Positions 23,664 to 33,641 of a DNA stretch of 58,859 nt are shown here, in pieces. The first letter of the stretch is position 1; every line of letters begins with the position of its first letter. The notes beneath the pieces are model-generated. The model saw nothing but the letters and a program-made list of their open reading frames with translations, had not been told where the DNA came from and ran no database searches. Where the stretch lies: contig CAZLCD010000002.1 of NCBI GenBank assembly GCA_964558375.1, positions 1 through 58,859 of the forward strand, read 5' to 3'. The position numbers and the translations under genes are program-made. The stretch is from an uncultured Candidatus Saccharibacteria bacterium (GTDB lineage Bacteria; Patescibacteriota; Minisyncoccia; Phycocordibacterales; PALSA-1337).

Positions 23664-24722
23664 ATGAATACACTTATCATTATCCTTATTATTCTTGTCT
23701 TGATTGCAATTATCATTATGGTTTTTGCTTTCCTATATCGTCCACAGGCAAGTCAGTCTAAAGACAGTGATGTCGGATTAAAATTAATCTTAGAGCAGAT
23801 AAATGAGCTCAACCGCACAGTAGACACCAAGATAGGTGAGAGTGCAAAACATCTCAGAGAATCAATGCACAACCAGCTATCAGAATCTTCGAAGATGATA
23901 AGAGATGTGACGGAGGGTCTAACTAAGCTCGATGAGACGAACAGGCAAGTGATCTCCTTTGCTGATCAGCTACAATCTCTGAGTGATATTCTGAAGAATC
24001 CAAAACATAGAGGGATACTCGGTGAATACTATCTAGAAACTCTTCTTCAAAATGTATTGGCACCAACACAATATAAGATGCAATATACTTTCAACAACGG
24101 CGAGATTGTCGATGCTGTAGTTTTTGTGAAAGACAAGATCATTCCTATAGATTCCAAGTTCTCTCTTGAGAACTACAATAAGCTTGTCGAAGAAAGAAAT
24201 CCTATAGAGAAAGAGAAATTAGAAAAATCTTTTGTAAATGATCTCAAGCTTCGCATACAAGAGACCGCAAAATATATTCGTGCAGGAGAAAATACTATGG
24301 ATTTTGCTTTTATGTTCATACCCCATGAAGCTATTTACTATGATCTATTGGTCAATAAAATAGGCGCTGTAACAGAAGAGACAGACAACCTCATACAGCG
24401 CGCGGCAAACAAATACAAAGTGATTATCGTTTCTCCCACCTCTTTCTTAGCTTACCTACAAACTGTTCTACAAGGTCTCAAGGCTATGCAGATAGAAGAG
24501 ACTGCAAAAGACGTTATAAAGAGAGTAAGCGATCTCGGAAATCATCTAAAAAAGTATGAAGAATATCATGAAAAACTAGGCTCATCTCTTTCGACAGTAG
24601 TGAACCATTACAATAATTCTGGAAAGGAACTGAAGAAGATAGACAAAGACGTTTTGAAGATTACAGGCTCGAGTCCGGCTATAGAAGTGAATGTTATTGA
24701 CCAGCCAGAAGAGATAGTGTAG
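23664..24722 (+). CDS. rmuC: DNA recombination protein RmuC
   Basis: An N-terminal TM segment, a long coiled-coil region, then the RmuC nuclease-like core (GEIVDAVVFV.DKIIPIDSKF, FAFMFIPHEAIY). I chose the start at MNTLII to avoid overlapping the divergent gene. Confidence 0.8.
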   Translation: MNTLIIILIILVLIAIIIMVFAFLYRPQASQSKDSDVGLKLILEQINELNRTVDTKIGESAKHLRESMHNQLSESSKMIRDVTEGLTKLDETNRQVISFADQLQSLSDILKNPKHRGILGEYYLETLLQNVLAPTQYKMQYTFNNGEIVDAVVFVKDKIIPIDSKFSLENYNKLVEERNPIEKEKLEKSFVNDLKLRIQETAKYIRAGENTMDFAFMFIPHEAIYYDLLVNKIGAVTEETDNLIQRAANKYKVIIVSPTSFLAYLQTVLQGLKAMQIEETAKDVIKRVSDLGNHLKKYEEYHEKLGSSLSTVVNHYNNSGKELKKIDKDVLKITGSSPAIEVNVIDQPEEIV

Positions 24723-24734
24723 TATAGAACGACT

Positions 24735-25052
24735 ATGGAATTTGCAGTAATACAAACAGGCGGAAAGCAATACAAGGTCAAGACTGGCGATGAAATCAAA
24801 ATCGAGAAGATTCTTGGCGAATACAAAGAAGGCGATAAGGTCGTTTTTGATAAGGTATTACTTGTAGATAACGGTTCAGATACTACTATCGGAACTCCTT
24901 TTATAGAAAAAGCAAAGGTAACAGGCACTATCACTAAGGTAGGGCGTCTAGCTAAGGTTGATGTTATAAAGTACAAACAGAAGAGTAAATACTTCAAAAA
25001 GAACGGTCACAAACAGCCATATTTTCAAGTAAAGATTGAGGGGTTTAAGTAG
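24735..25052 (+). CDS. rplU: 50S ribosomal protein L21
   Basis: MEFAVIQTGGKQYKV..GD and K.K.K..Y.KK.GH.Q.Y are canonical L21 motifs. Confidence 0.9.
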   Translation: MEFAVIQTGGKQYKVKTGDEIKIEKILGEYKEGDKVVFDKVLLVDNGSDTTIGTPFIEKAKVTGTITKVGRLAKVDVIKYKQKSKYFKKNGHKQPYFQVKIEGFK

Positions 25053-25083
25053 AAGATAGTTTTGTATTTTACTGCATGATATA

Positions 25084-25284
25084 ATGCAGTCTATGGAACC
25101 GATTTTAATACAAATTGACTGGATATATTTCCTAGGAATAGTAGGCGTACTTGTAGGTATTGCCTGGTATTCTAGAAAAAAAATTTCAGCATTAGAAACT
25201 TCGATAACTCGTTTAGGTAAAGTTGTAAATAAAATTGAAGAAAGAGTCACTAGACTTGAAGTAAGGATGGATAGAAACATTTAA
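25084..25284 (+). CDS. Small membrane protein with C-terminal coiled-coil
   Basis: 66 aa with one TM segment followed by a heptad-like stretch. Confidence 0.4.
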   Translation: MQSMEPILIQIDWIYFLGIVGVLVGIAWYSRKKISALETSITRLGKVVNKIEERVTRLEVRMDRNI

Positions 25285-25410
25285 TATATAAAAAGAAACC
25301 GCCACAATAGATATTGACGTATAACACAACCTATGGTACTTTAATTCTGAGCTCGGATTAAAAACTCGAGCAGAAGAATCAATATAAAATATATACAAAG
25401 CTCATGATTC

Positions 25411-25430
25411 CTTCTGCTCAAAGCAGAAAG
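25411..25430 (+). promoter_or_regulatory. Leader hairpin overlapping the ribosome-binding site; related to 7298-7320
   Basis: CTTCTGC-tcaaa-GCAGAAAG is followed by GATAAAGTC-ATG. The loop-proximal stem and the GCAGAAAGGA(A/T)AAGT block match the leader of the 7328 gene. Confidence 0.5.
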
Positions 25431-25439
25431 GATAAAGTC

Positions 25440-25676
25440 ATGGACCAATGCCACTACTGTGGACGACGACTCGTTTCGGGACAAAAACACATAATTCACC
25501 TAACTGGCTGTCCGCAGGTAATCGCTGCGCACAAGCCTATCTGGCTTAAGGGATGGGAGGAAGGCCGGGTTGGAAAGGTATGTGAACCATCATCCCAAAA
25601 TCCTACTTATGTGATGGGTTTCGGGAAAGGAGTTGTTGCTCTGGAGGAAATGGAAAATGGAGAGAGACCTTACTAG
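25440..25676 (+). CDS. Hypothetical small Cys/His-containing protein, visibly GC-richer than its neighbours
   Basis: I chose the start at ATG 25440 (MDQCHYCGRRL...) by analogy with the shared leader, in place of the ORF-track start at 25404. CHYC...H..GC could be a small zinc-binding motif. A terminator lies at 25724-25752. Confidence 0.5.
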   Translation: MDQCHYCGRRLVSGQKHIIHLTGCPQVIAAHKPIWLKGWEEGRVGKVCEPSSQNPTYVMGFGKGVVALEEMENGERPY

Positions 25677-25723
25677 GCAATCTCAAAAAGAGAAAGGTAA
25701 GAAATGAAATAAAATCAATGATA

Positions 25724-25752
25724 GGGGTGTCCGGACGGATACCCCTTTTTTT
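25724..25752 (+). terminator. Rho-independent terminator
   Basis: GGGGTGTCCGGACGGATACCCC followed by TTTTTTT. Confidence 0.7.
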
Positions 25753-25757
25753 CTATC

Positions 25758-26366
25758 CTAAACCCTCTCCCTATTTTTCAATGCATTCTTAATGGTATCT
25801 GTATCAGAATATTCAAGCTCTGTTCCTGTAGAAAGTCCACGACCTAGTACAGAAATTGTGAGATTCTGGCTTGGAAATTTCTCTTTAAGGTAGTTTGAGA
25901 TAAAGTCAGCAGTATGCTCTCCCTCAGCATTGGCATTTAGAGATAGGATTATTTCTTTAAATACTCCACTCTTTATTTTTTCAAAAAGTTCGTACAAACG
26001 CACCTTTTTTTCAGGTTCCTTATCAAGGATGGGGATAGTACCACCGAGGATGAAGTAATGCCCATTATAAAATTTACTTTTTTCTATTGCTTCAAAATCT
26101 ACATCACGAGAAACTATCATTAATTTTTCTGTATCTCTGTTTTTATCAGAACAGATATAACATTTGCTACTATTGCCATCTTGATAAAATCGAAAACAAC
26201 TTGTGCAAATCTTTATACTTTTTTTGATATCCAAGATTAGTCTAGCGATTTCTTCTAGGTAACTAGCATTGCGGGTCAATAAGAAATAAACGAACCTACG
26301 TGCTTGCCTAGGGCCGATACCAGGGAATTCTCTGAAATATTCTGTTAGTTTAGAAATCGGATCCAT
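25758..26366 (-). CDS. recR: Recombination protein RecR
   Basis: LPGIGPRQARR-type HhH (FPGIGPRQARRF), a C4 zinc finger CTSC...CYIC and a Toprim region. Starting at MDPISKL leaves a 17-nt overlap with dnaB. Confidence 0.9.
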   Translation of the reverse strand: MDPISKLTEYFREFPGIGPRQARRFVYFLLTRNASYLEEIARLILDIKKSIKICTSCFRFYQDGNSSKCYICSDKNRDTEKLMIVSRDVDFEAIEKSKFYNGHYFILGGTIPILDKEPEKKVRLYELFEKIKSGVFKEIILSLNANAEGEHTADFISNYLKEKFPSQNLTISVLGRGLSTGTELEYSDTDTIKNALKNRERV

Positions 26367-27762
26367 TGCCTCCTGTATTATCGGTAGTAAAATCTCCAAA
26401 ATCACTTTTTTCAATACTTACGAATGTTGTCTTTTTGTCATCGAAATAAAGTTCAGCTACTCCAGTAGGACCATTTCTGTGTTTTTCGATCATAATCTTT
26501 GCGATATTCGGACGAGCACTTTCTTTGTTGTACTTATCTTCGCGGTGGATGAACATCACCACATCTGCATCTTGTTCAATAGATCCTGAATCTCGAAGAT
26601 CGGATAGACGGGGCTCACCACCACGCTGTTCCACAGCTCGACTTAATTGAGAAAGGGCAAGAACAGGAACTTCTAGCTCTCGAGCAAGCTGTTTGAGAGA
26701 TCTTGAAATTTCTGTGACTTGCTGAACTATATTGTCCGAATTTCGATTTTGTGTAGGGACCATAAGTTGTAAGTAGTCTACTACGATAAGTCCCAATCCC
26801 TTTTCACTCTTTAGTCTGCGAGCTACAGCGCGCATCTTTAGAATATTGTTTGCTGGTTGATCATCTATATATATAGGCGCTTCGGAAAGTCTATCCATAG
26901 CGTCTCTGATCGATTTGAAGTCATGATCAACGGATAGGTTGTGTCCAGTGCGTATCTTCCAAGCATCCACTTGGGATTCTGCTGAGAGCATACGATCGAC
27001 AAGCTGCTGAGAACTCATTTCAAGAGAAAATATACCAACCGGCACTTTATGATTGATAGCTGCCATACGAGCAATGTCCAAAGCAAAAGCAGTTTTACCC
27101 ATAGAAGGTCTAGCTGCAAGGATAATGAGGTCGGACTTTTGTAGTCCGGCGAGTTTATTGTCTAGAGCTTTGAAGCCAGTAGGGATACCGCGCAATTCAT
27201 CTTTTGTATTGTGAAGTTTATCGATTCTTTCCCAGGCTTCAACCAAAGTATCCTTTAGGGCGATGAACTTGTGTGTGCCAGTAAAATTTGTAACTTCAAA
27301 GATTTTTTTCTCGGCTTTATCTAGAGTTTCTTCTATATCCATCTCTTCATCGAAACCGAGATTGCCTACATACTCGGAGGCATTGATGAGATCTCGCATG
27401 ATATGCTTCTTTTGTACTATCTCAGCATAATGCTTGGCATTTGTAGAAGAGGGGACGCCATGCACAAGCTCGGTAAGATAACCCATAGCTCCTGCCTGTT
27501 CCAAAACCTCCTTCTCTTTTAATCTCGAAGAAAGGGAGAGTAGATCTATAGGTGTTCCTCTTCCATGAAGTTCAAGCATGGTGGACCAGAGAAGCTTGTG
27601 ACGATCGGAATAAAAGGATCTCTCGGTCACTATGTCATTTACATCGTGCATTACTTCTGGACGTATCATGATGGAACCCAAAAGAGCCTTCTCAGCTTCT
27701 AAGCTTTGAGGAGGTATACGTAAATCTTTGGTTTTAAAATATGGTGATGCAATATTGGACAT
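26350..27762 (-). CDS. dnaB: Replicative DNA helicase DnaB
   Basis: PPQSLEAEKALLGSIM, Walker A ARPSMGKTAF, VVDYLQLM and LSQLSRAVE. Confidence 0.95.
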   Translation of the reverse strand: MSNIASPYFKTKDLRIPPQSLEAEKALLGSIMIRPEVMHDVNDIVTERSFYSDRHKLLWSTMLELHGRGTPIDLLSLSSRLKEKEVLEQAGAMGYLTELVHGVPSSTNAKHYAEIVQKKHIMRDLINASEYVGNLGFDEEMDIEETLDKAEKKIFEVTNFTGTHKFIALKDTLVEAWERIDKLHNTKDELRGIPTGFKALDNKLAGLQKSDLIILAARPSMGKTAFALDIARMAAINHKVPVGIFSLEMSSQQLVDRMLSAESQVDAWKIRTGHNLSVDHDFKSIRDAMDRLSEAPIYIDDQPANNILKMRAVARRLKSEKGLGLIVVDYLQLMVPTQNRNSDNIVQQVTEISRSLKQLARELEVPVLALSQLSRAVEQRGGEPRLSDLRDSGSIEQDADVVMFIHREDKYNKESARPNIAKIMIEKHRNGPTGVAELYFDDKKTTFVSIEKSDFGDFTTDNTGGNGSDF

Positions 27763-27855
27763 AGATATTTGTCATCACATTGTATCATGCCTCTTATATA
27801 TTTTTGCAAACAGAAAATAGCATAAACAGTTTATAAGCTGTGGATTGCTTTTTGA

Positions 27856-29214
27856 CTATTTTGTATCCTTTATTTTAAACCCGCGGCTCTCGATTTCTTT
27901 TCTTAAAGCATCTGCCTTATCCCACTCTTTATTTTTCCGAGCCTCTTCGCGAGTTTCTATAAGTAACTTGACCTCCATTGGCATCTCTTCTTTTTCATCT
28001 AGCTTTGTATCTAGCACGGCTTGCAATCCAAACCCGAAAACTTTATCAAAATCCAGCATCAATTTTATTTTTTCTTTAGCCTCTACAGAATGGTCTTTGA
28101 TAAGTTCCCAGGTGAGGGCGATAGCTTCAGGCATATTGAGATCATCATTAATCTTATCTATAAATTCACCTCGATAATCTCTAGGGGTAGGGGAAGGGTG
28201 TATATGCTCGTTTTGGACTTCACCAAGACGAATAAAGGTCTCTATAAGCCTTATAAAGGCGGTTTGAGCGGCATTTACAGCCTCTACTGTGAAATTTACT
28301 TGAGATCTATAGTGTGATGTAAAAAGCCAATATCGAAAGGCAAGAGGGGATATGCCAGCATCTTCGAGATCTTTAAGTTTAAGAAAGTTACCTTTGGACT
28401 TGGCCATCTTGTCATCGTTTACATTCATGAAGGCTCCATGTAACCAATAGTTTACAAAGGGTTTGCCTGTAGCACATTCACTTTGCGCGATTTCATTTGT
28501 ATGATGAGGGAAAATGAGATCTGTTCCACCCGTATGAATGTCTATTGTAGATCCCAAAGCTAAAGTAGCCATAGCTGAACATTCTATACTCCACCCAGGA
28601 CGACCCTTACCGAAAGGTGCTTCCCATTCAACATTGGCATCTTCAGGAGAGTAAAATTTCCATAAGGCAAAATCACGCGGATTTTCTTTCTCATATTCAT
28701 CATTGGCGATTCGCGCTTGAGCTTCATCTGTCAATTTTATTTTGGCTAGGCGACCGTATTCTTTGAAGAGACCGATACTAAAGTAGATACCGTCTTTTGT
28801 TTTATAAGCTATACCTTTTTCAAGAAGGGTGGAGATCATCTCGATCATCTCTTTTATATGATCTCTGGCTCGTAGAAGTTTGTGCGGGGTTAGTATATTT
28901 AATGCATGTATATCTGCAATAAAAAGAGTTTCATAATGGCGAGTAAGTTCTTCAAGTGTAATGTTTTTTTCTATACTTCTTCGAATTGTTTTGTCATCGA
29001 CATCGGTAACATTCATGACTTGGGTGACAGAATACCCGTTATATTCAAAAATTCTTCGAACAATGTCATACATCACGAAGGTTCTCAAATTCCCGATATG
29101 AACGGTGTCATATACAGTTGGTCCGCAATTGTAGATCCCGACTCTACTTTGTTCTAAAGGTTTAAATTCTTCCTTCTTTCCAGTTAGAGTATTGTGAAGA
29201 TATATCGGCTTCAT
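27856..29214 (-). CDS. cysS: Cysteinyl-tRNA synthetase
   Basis: YNCGPTVYDTVHIGN (HIGH) and KMAKSKGN (KMSKS). 452 aa. Confidence 0.9.
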   Translation of the reverse strand: MKPIYLHNTLTGKKEEFKPLEQSRVGIYNCGPTVYDTVHIGNLRTFVMYDIVRRIFEYNGYSVTQVMNVTDVDDKTIRRSIEKNITLEELTRHYETLFIADIHALNILTPHKLLRARDHIKEMIEMISTLLEKGIAYKTKDGIYFSIGLFKEYGRLAKIKLTDEAQARIANDEYEKENPRDFALWKFYSPEDANVEWEAPFGKGRPGWSIECSAMATLALGSTIDIHTGGTDLIFPHHTNEIAQSECATGKPFVNYWLHGAFMNVNDDKMAKSKGNFLKLKDLEDAGISPLAFRYWLFTSHYRSQVNFTVEAVNAAQTAFIRLIETFIRLGEVQNEHIHPSPTPRDYRGEFIDKINDDLNMPEAIALTWELIKDHSVEAKEKIKLMLDFDKVFGFGLQAVLDTKLDEKEEMPMEVKLLIETREEARKNKEWDKADALRKEIESRGFKIKDTK

Positions 29215-29278
29215 ATGGTTTAGTATAGCTTAGTATATTGTTTTAAATCAAATTATTTGTAATAATAGCGTATATCAT

Positions 29279-30499
29279 ATGAACAAAGAACAAAATCCTA
29301 AAGTAGTTTTAGGTACAATTATAATTTTGATTTTAGCGCTGACTTTTTACATCGGATCACTTTTTGGAGAAAAGAGTGGTAGAGAGACTGCACTAAAGAG
29401 TATTGCTCCGGATGGCATTTCCATTACCAATGAACAATTAGAACCACTTTGGAAGGTTTGGAGTATTCTAGACAAAAAGTATGTAGAAGCCACAACTACA
29501 GATTCTCAGAAAAGAATTTGGGGAGCAATACAAGGTCTGGCTAGCTCACAAGGAGATCCATATACAGTATTTTTTCCACCAGAAGAAAGCAAGAATTTCA
29601 AAAGTGATATTTCTGGAAATTTCGAAGGGGTAGGGATGGAGATCGGTGTAAAAGACAAAACATTAACCGTAGTAGCTCCTGTGAAGAATAGCCCGGCATA
29701 CAAGGCTGGAGTAAAGGCTGGAGATCGCATAATCAAAATTAATGACAAAAACGCAGGAGATATACCAGTTGATCAAGCAGTAAAGCTCATACGAGGACCT
29801 CGTGGGACAACCGTTAAGATAGTCTTTATTCGTGAGGGGGTAAGTACACCTATAGAAAAGTCCATAGTTAGAGATATTATCGATATACCTACCCTTGAAA
29901 CTGAAGTGAAGTCTGATGTGTTTGTGATCAAGTTATTTAGCTTTACATCCCAGTCTCCAAACCTATTCCGATCAGCCCTCAGAACCTTTTTGGAGTCCGG
30001 TAAAAACAAATTAGTCTTGGATCTACGAGGAAATCCTGGAGGATATCTCGATGCGGCTTGGGATATAGCTAGTTGGTTCCTTCCTGCAGGGAAGACTATA
30101 GTGACGGAAGACTTTGGCGGTAGAGGTGAAAACAAGGTCTATAGAAGTAAAGGTTACGATGTCCTGAACAAGTTCTTCGGCAAAAATTACAAAATGATAA
30201 TCTTGGTAAATGAAGGATCGGCCTCAGCTTCAGAGATTTTGGCTGGAGCCTTGCAAGAACATGGAGTAGCAACTCTTGTAGGAGCAAAGACTTTCGGCAA
30301 AGGTTCAGTTCAAGAACTAGTACAGATCACTCCAGAGACATCGCTCAAGGTCACTATCGCAAGATGGCTAACCCCACTTGGTCACAATCTTTCTCATGAT
30401 GGCCTCAATCCAAATGTAGAGATAAAGCCAACAGCCAAAGACGTAGAAGCCAAAAAAGATGTACAGCTAGACAAGGCTATTGAAATTTTAAACAAATAA
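29279..30499 (+). CDS. Carboxy-terminal processing (S41) peptidase with PDZ domain
   Basis: GVGMEIG, the PDZ motif SPAYKAGVKAGDRIIKIN, catalytic NEGSASASEILAGAL and GKGSVQ. Confidence 0.85.
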   Translation: MNKEQNPKVVLGTIIILILALTFYIGSLFGEKSGRETALKSIAPDGISITNEQLEPLWKVWSILDKKYVEATTTDSQKRIWGAIQGLASSQGDPYTVFFPPEESKNFKSDISGNFEGVGMEIGVKDKTLTVVAPVKNSPAYKAGVKAGDRIIKINDKNAGDIPVDQAVKLIRGPRGTTVKIVFIREGVSTPIEKSIVRDIIDIPTLETEVKSDVFVIKLFSFTSQSPNLFRSALRTFLESGKNKLVLDLRGNPGGYLDAAWDIASWFLPAGKTIVTEDFGGRGENKVYRSKGYDVLNKFFGKNYKMIILVNEGSASASEILAGALQEHGVATLVGAKTFGKGSVQELVQITPETSLKVTIARWLTPLGHNLSHDGLNPNVEIKPTAKDVEAKKDVQLDKAIEILNK

Positions 30500-30514
30500 A
30501 CGTAATATACGAGT

Positions 30515-30961
30515 ATGAAAATAATATTATTGAAAGACATAGCAAAGGTTGGAAGAAAGTACGATGTGAAGAACATTAGCGATGGATACGCTTTGAACAT
30601 GCTTATCCCAAAAGGCTTGGCGGTGATCGCTACGGCAGATGTGATGAAACGTATTGATCTAGAGAAGTCTCGTGATGAAGGAGAGAAGAAAGTCCGTCAG
30701 GATTTACTTCTGAAAAACTTAAGCGAGCTTGATGGTGTCACTATTACCCTAGAAGAAAAAGCAAATGAAAAGGGTCATCTTTTCGCCGGAGTTCATAAGC
30801 TTGAGATCATCCCCGCGATTTTTAAACAGACAAGATTGCAGATCAATGAAGAAAATATAATACTCGATAAACCCATCAAAGAAATAGGTTCTCATGAGAT
30901 CGAAGTTAGAGCAGGGAATAAGAGCGCGAAGTTTACCTTAGATATCAAAGTTAAAATATAA
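30515..30961 (+). CDS. rplI: 50S ribosomal protein L9
   Basis: MKIILLKDIAKVGRKYDVKNISDGYALNMLIPKGLA is the canonical L9 N-domain. Confidence 0.9.
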   Translation: MKIILLKDIAKVGRKYDVKNISDGYALNMLIPKGLAVIATADVMKRIDLEKSRDEGEKKVRQDLLLKNLSELDGVTITLEEKANEKGHLFAGVHKLEIIPAIFKQTRLQINEENIILDKPIKEIGSHEIEVRAGNKSAKFTLDIKVKI

Positions 30962-30965
30962 AAAT

Positions 30966-30992
30966 AAAAAACCGGATAAATTCCGGTTTTTT
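30966..30992. terminator. Bidirectional terminator between convergent genes
   Basis: AAAAAACCGGA-taaat-TCCGGTTTTTT has A and T runs on both sides. Confidence 0.8.
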
Positions 30993-31012
30993 ATTTGATA
31001 GTCCTTTGAATT

Positions 31013-31501
31013 TTACTTCATTGCTATCACCTTACTCCAACAAGGCTTCGATGCACTCCAAGGCTGTGCTCCAGACTTTTCATAAAGATACTTGGCATAT
31101 GCCATGTTTCCATCTATTGTATGAATGTCGTAACCAAGCTTTGTAGCTGTTTCAAGGTGATATCTTTCATTGATCTGCATCACCCCAACATCTGCATTGT
31201 CTACTCTACCTCTAACCACTTTACCATCTTTATAGTGAGTAAATGTTGATTCACATCTAGCGATTTCTATAAGAATAGGAGTATCAGCATAGTGTTCACG
31301 TAGATAGTTTTCTACAGCTTTTCTATCTGACTCAGCTGTAATCTGTACTTCTTCTGAGCTAGCTATTAATGGCTGAACATTTATAGCATCGGTTGTTGTA
31401 TTACCTGCTCCATACATTGAGGACAAAAGAAACACGATACCAGTTGTAAGTTCAATCATAAATTCAAAACGAGGTATATATGTAAAGTATGAACTAAACA
31501 C
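31013..31501 (-). CDS. Lytic transglycosylase-like (SLT/lysozyme-like) protein with N-terminal anchor
   Basis: IARCESTF contains the catalytic Glu-Ser, and DVGVMQIN is present. The true start may be the internal MIELTTG. Confidence 0.6.
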   Translation of the reverse strand: MFSSYFTYIPRFEFMIELTTGIVFLLSSMYGAGNTTTDAINVQPLIASSEEVQITAESDRKAVENYLREHYADTPILIEIARCESTFTHYKDGKVVRGRVDNADVGVMQINERYHLETATKLGYDIHTIDGNMAYAKYLYEKSGAQPWSASKPCWSKVIAMK

Positions 31502-31611
31502 ATATCCTCGTATTGCTTATAATACTAGCATGTCTAGTGCTATTTGTCAATAGCTAAAATAGCTGTAAAAGCTTGCATTCTGAGCCTGCTTTGGTATATA
31601 CTGTTTTCACT

Positions 31612-31884
31612 ATGGCAACCAAAAAATCAGGAGGATCTACCCAGAACGGTAGAGATTCGAACCCAAAATACCTAGGAGTTAAGCTAAATCACGGAGAATC
31701 TGTGACTGTAGGCTCTATTATCGTGCGCCAGAGAGGCACAGATGTAATACCTGGCAAGAATGTAGGTATAGGGAAGGATCACACTCTATTTGCATTAAAA
31801 GACGGAAAGGTTCAGTTTGGAACAAAGAGAAAAGTACATTTCGACAATACAATGAAGAGAAAGAAGATTGCGCATGTTATATAG
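31612..31884 (+). CDS. rpmA: 50S ribosomal protein L27
   Basis: [24 protein letters not shown]...G.IIVRQRGT is canonical L27. I moved the start to ATG 31612. The upstream promoter-like sequence is TTGCAT-16/17-TATATA. Confidence 0.9.
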   Translation: MATKKSGGSTQNGRDSNPKYLGVKLNHGESVTVGSIIVRQRGTDVIPGKNVGIGKDHTLFALKDGKVQFGTKRKVHFDNTMKRKKIAHVI

Positions 31885-32069
31885 AGGGTAGAGGAGACAG
31901 ATATAACAAACAGATAACCAGATAAAATCTGGTTTTTGTTTACTGTAATAATTATCATATCTCCGAGAGGGAACCCCTCTTTCGCCCTAGACACCACGTC
32001 GCACAATATACCTTTTACACCATTATACTATAAGAAAAAAGAGCGACTTTTTGATTCGCTCTTCTCTTT

Positions 32070-32336
32070 CTAAATCCTCACTTTCTCATCATCTTTATTC
32101 TTCACCGCATTATTCAAGTTCTCTATTGCTGGCTTCCAAATGTATTTTATAAAAATTTCATTGAAAACATATTTTACAGGTTTAGCCAGATACTTTGTCC
32201 AAACATACGAAACAGCTTCTTTAGCGTATTCGAGATTGGTCTGAGCCACTGGAGACTCTACCGCCTTTCTTATATCAAAACCAAGATAACCTAGAACGAT
32301 AAGGCCGATCACAAATATTATTATCCATTTAATCAT
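32070..32336 (-). CDS. Small membrane-anchored hypothetical protein
   Basis: 88 aa with an N-terminal TM segment. A minus-strand terminator AGAGCGA...TCGCTCT + T run lies just downstream. Confidence 0.45.
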   Translation of the reverse strand: MIKWIIIFVIGLIVLGYLGFDIRKAVESPVAQTNLEYAKEAVSYVWTKYLAKPVKYVFNEIFIKYIWKPAIENLNNAVKNKDDEKVRI

Positions 32337-32366
32337 GGCTAAATAATAACATTAAAAATAAAAAAT

Positions 32367-33641
32367 CTAAAGATAGGACAGTGGATTAAGATAAGCATCA
32401 CGCTTTATAAGCAGAGGCATTTTGATGGAAGCTCCCGCGCAGGATTTGAAGTTGTAGGTACCCACCGTCACCCCGTCTGATGCATAGACGGTAAAATGAA
32501 GATGAGGGCCTGTAGACATACCTGTATTGCCAGAATATGCGATAATCTCGCCTCTCTCTACTGTTTGTCCAACCACAGCAGACACTAATGATAGGTGAGC
32601 ATAGACTGTTGTAAGACCATTATTATGTCTTACCAGTATCCACTTACCATAAGACACTCTTGGGCAGACCAGATCCGTATTTCCTGCGCCTATCACCACA
32701 CCACTGGCAGCAGATTTTACTGGTGTACCTATCGGTGCACCGAGGTCTATACCATTGTGACCTCCCCCACTATATATTTGAGGATTTTTGGTGGCAAATT
32801 CTGTATTGCCGAAGTACTGAGTAATTCTTACTACATCGAAAGGATATGCCAATATTCCTTTACCAGAATTTGGTATGCTATTTGGATCTACGGCAAGCTT
32901 CAATGCATTTTCCAAATCAAAAATCTCTTTTTCAAAGGCCTCTTTTTGAGCTTTGCGACTAGCTAGAAGTTTTTTGTAGCTTGCTTCGGTATTGTTGGTT
33001 TCTTTTAAAATAGAATCTTTTTCTCTAGCAGTTTCTGCTATTATTTTTGTCTGATTTTTCAGATCTACATTGAGGGTGACTAACTCGGCTTTTTTCCTCT
33101 CTGTTAACTTTTTATTTTCTTCGAGATTCAATTTTAAATTCTTCAGGTCTTTTATCTTCCCCTGCAAACTTCCCTGCAATGTCGAAAGTTCGTCGGCATT
33201 ATTCCAAAAGCCTGAAAGAGATTTCTGGCTGAGCAAGGTTTCAATGGCCGAAGCTGAGCTCATCCTAGAGATATTATATAAGGACTGCGAAATAACCCTT
33301 CTACTATCGATTATTCTCTCGCTTTTGTCACCGATCTGAAGGGAAAGTTCTTGAATTTCTAGATTCTTATTGGCAATTTTATTTTCGGTAATCTTGGTAT
33401 CCGCCTGTAGCTTTTTCTTTGAAATGTCCAAATTCTTCAAGGCATTTTTCAAGGAATCGGCCTCTTTGGCCACAGCATCAATTTCAATCTGATATTTTTT
33501 TATTTCTTCTTCAAGTTTCTTTATATCTTCATTTCGGGTGTTGATTTTATTTTTTAATTCATCAATATTCTGTGCATGGACATTTGCAAAGATAAATAGA
33601 CTAAATATTGTTACAAATATGACATGTTTATATAGACTCAT
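32367..33641 (-). CDS. M23-family metallopeptidase with long N-terminal coiled-coil
   Basis: HNGIDLGAPIGTPV and GPHLHF are M23 zinc motifs. Starting at MSLYKHV gives a signal-like N-terminus. Confidence 0.85.
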   Translation of the reverse strand: MSLYKHVIFVTIFSLFIFANVHAQNIDELKNKINTRNEDIKKLEEEIKKYQIEIDAVAKEADSLKNALKNLDISKKKLQADTKITENKIANKNLEIQELSLQIGDKSERIIDSRRVISQSLYNISRMSSASAIETLLSQKSLSGFWNNADELSTLQGSLQGKIKDLKNLKLNLEENKKLTERKKAELVTLNVDLKNQTKIIAETAREKDSILKETNNTEASYKKLLASRKAQKEAFEKEIFDLENALKLAVDPNSIPNSGKGILAYPFDVVRITQYFGNTEFATKNPQIYSGGGHNGIDLGAPIGTPVKSAASGVVIGAGNTDLVCPRVSYGKWILVRHNNGLTTVYAHLSLVSAVVGQTVERGEIIAYSGNTGMSTGPHLHFTVYASDGVTVGTYNFKSCAGASIKMPLLIKRDAYLNPLSYL

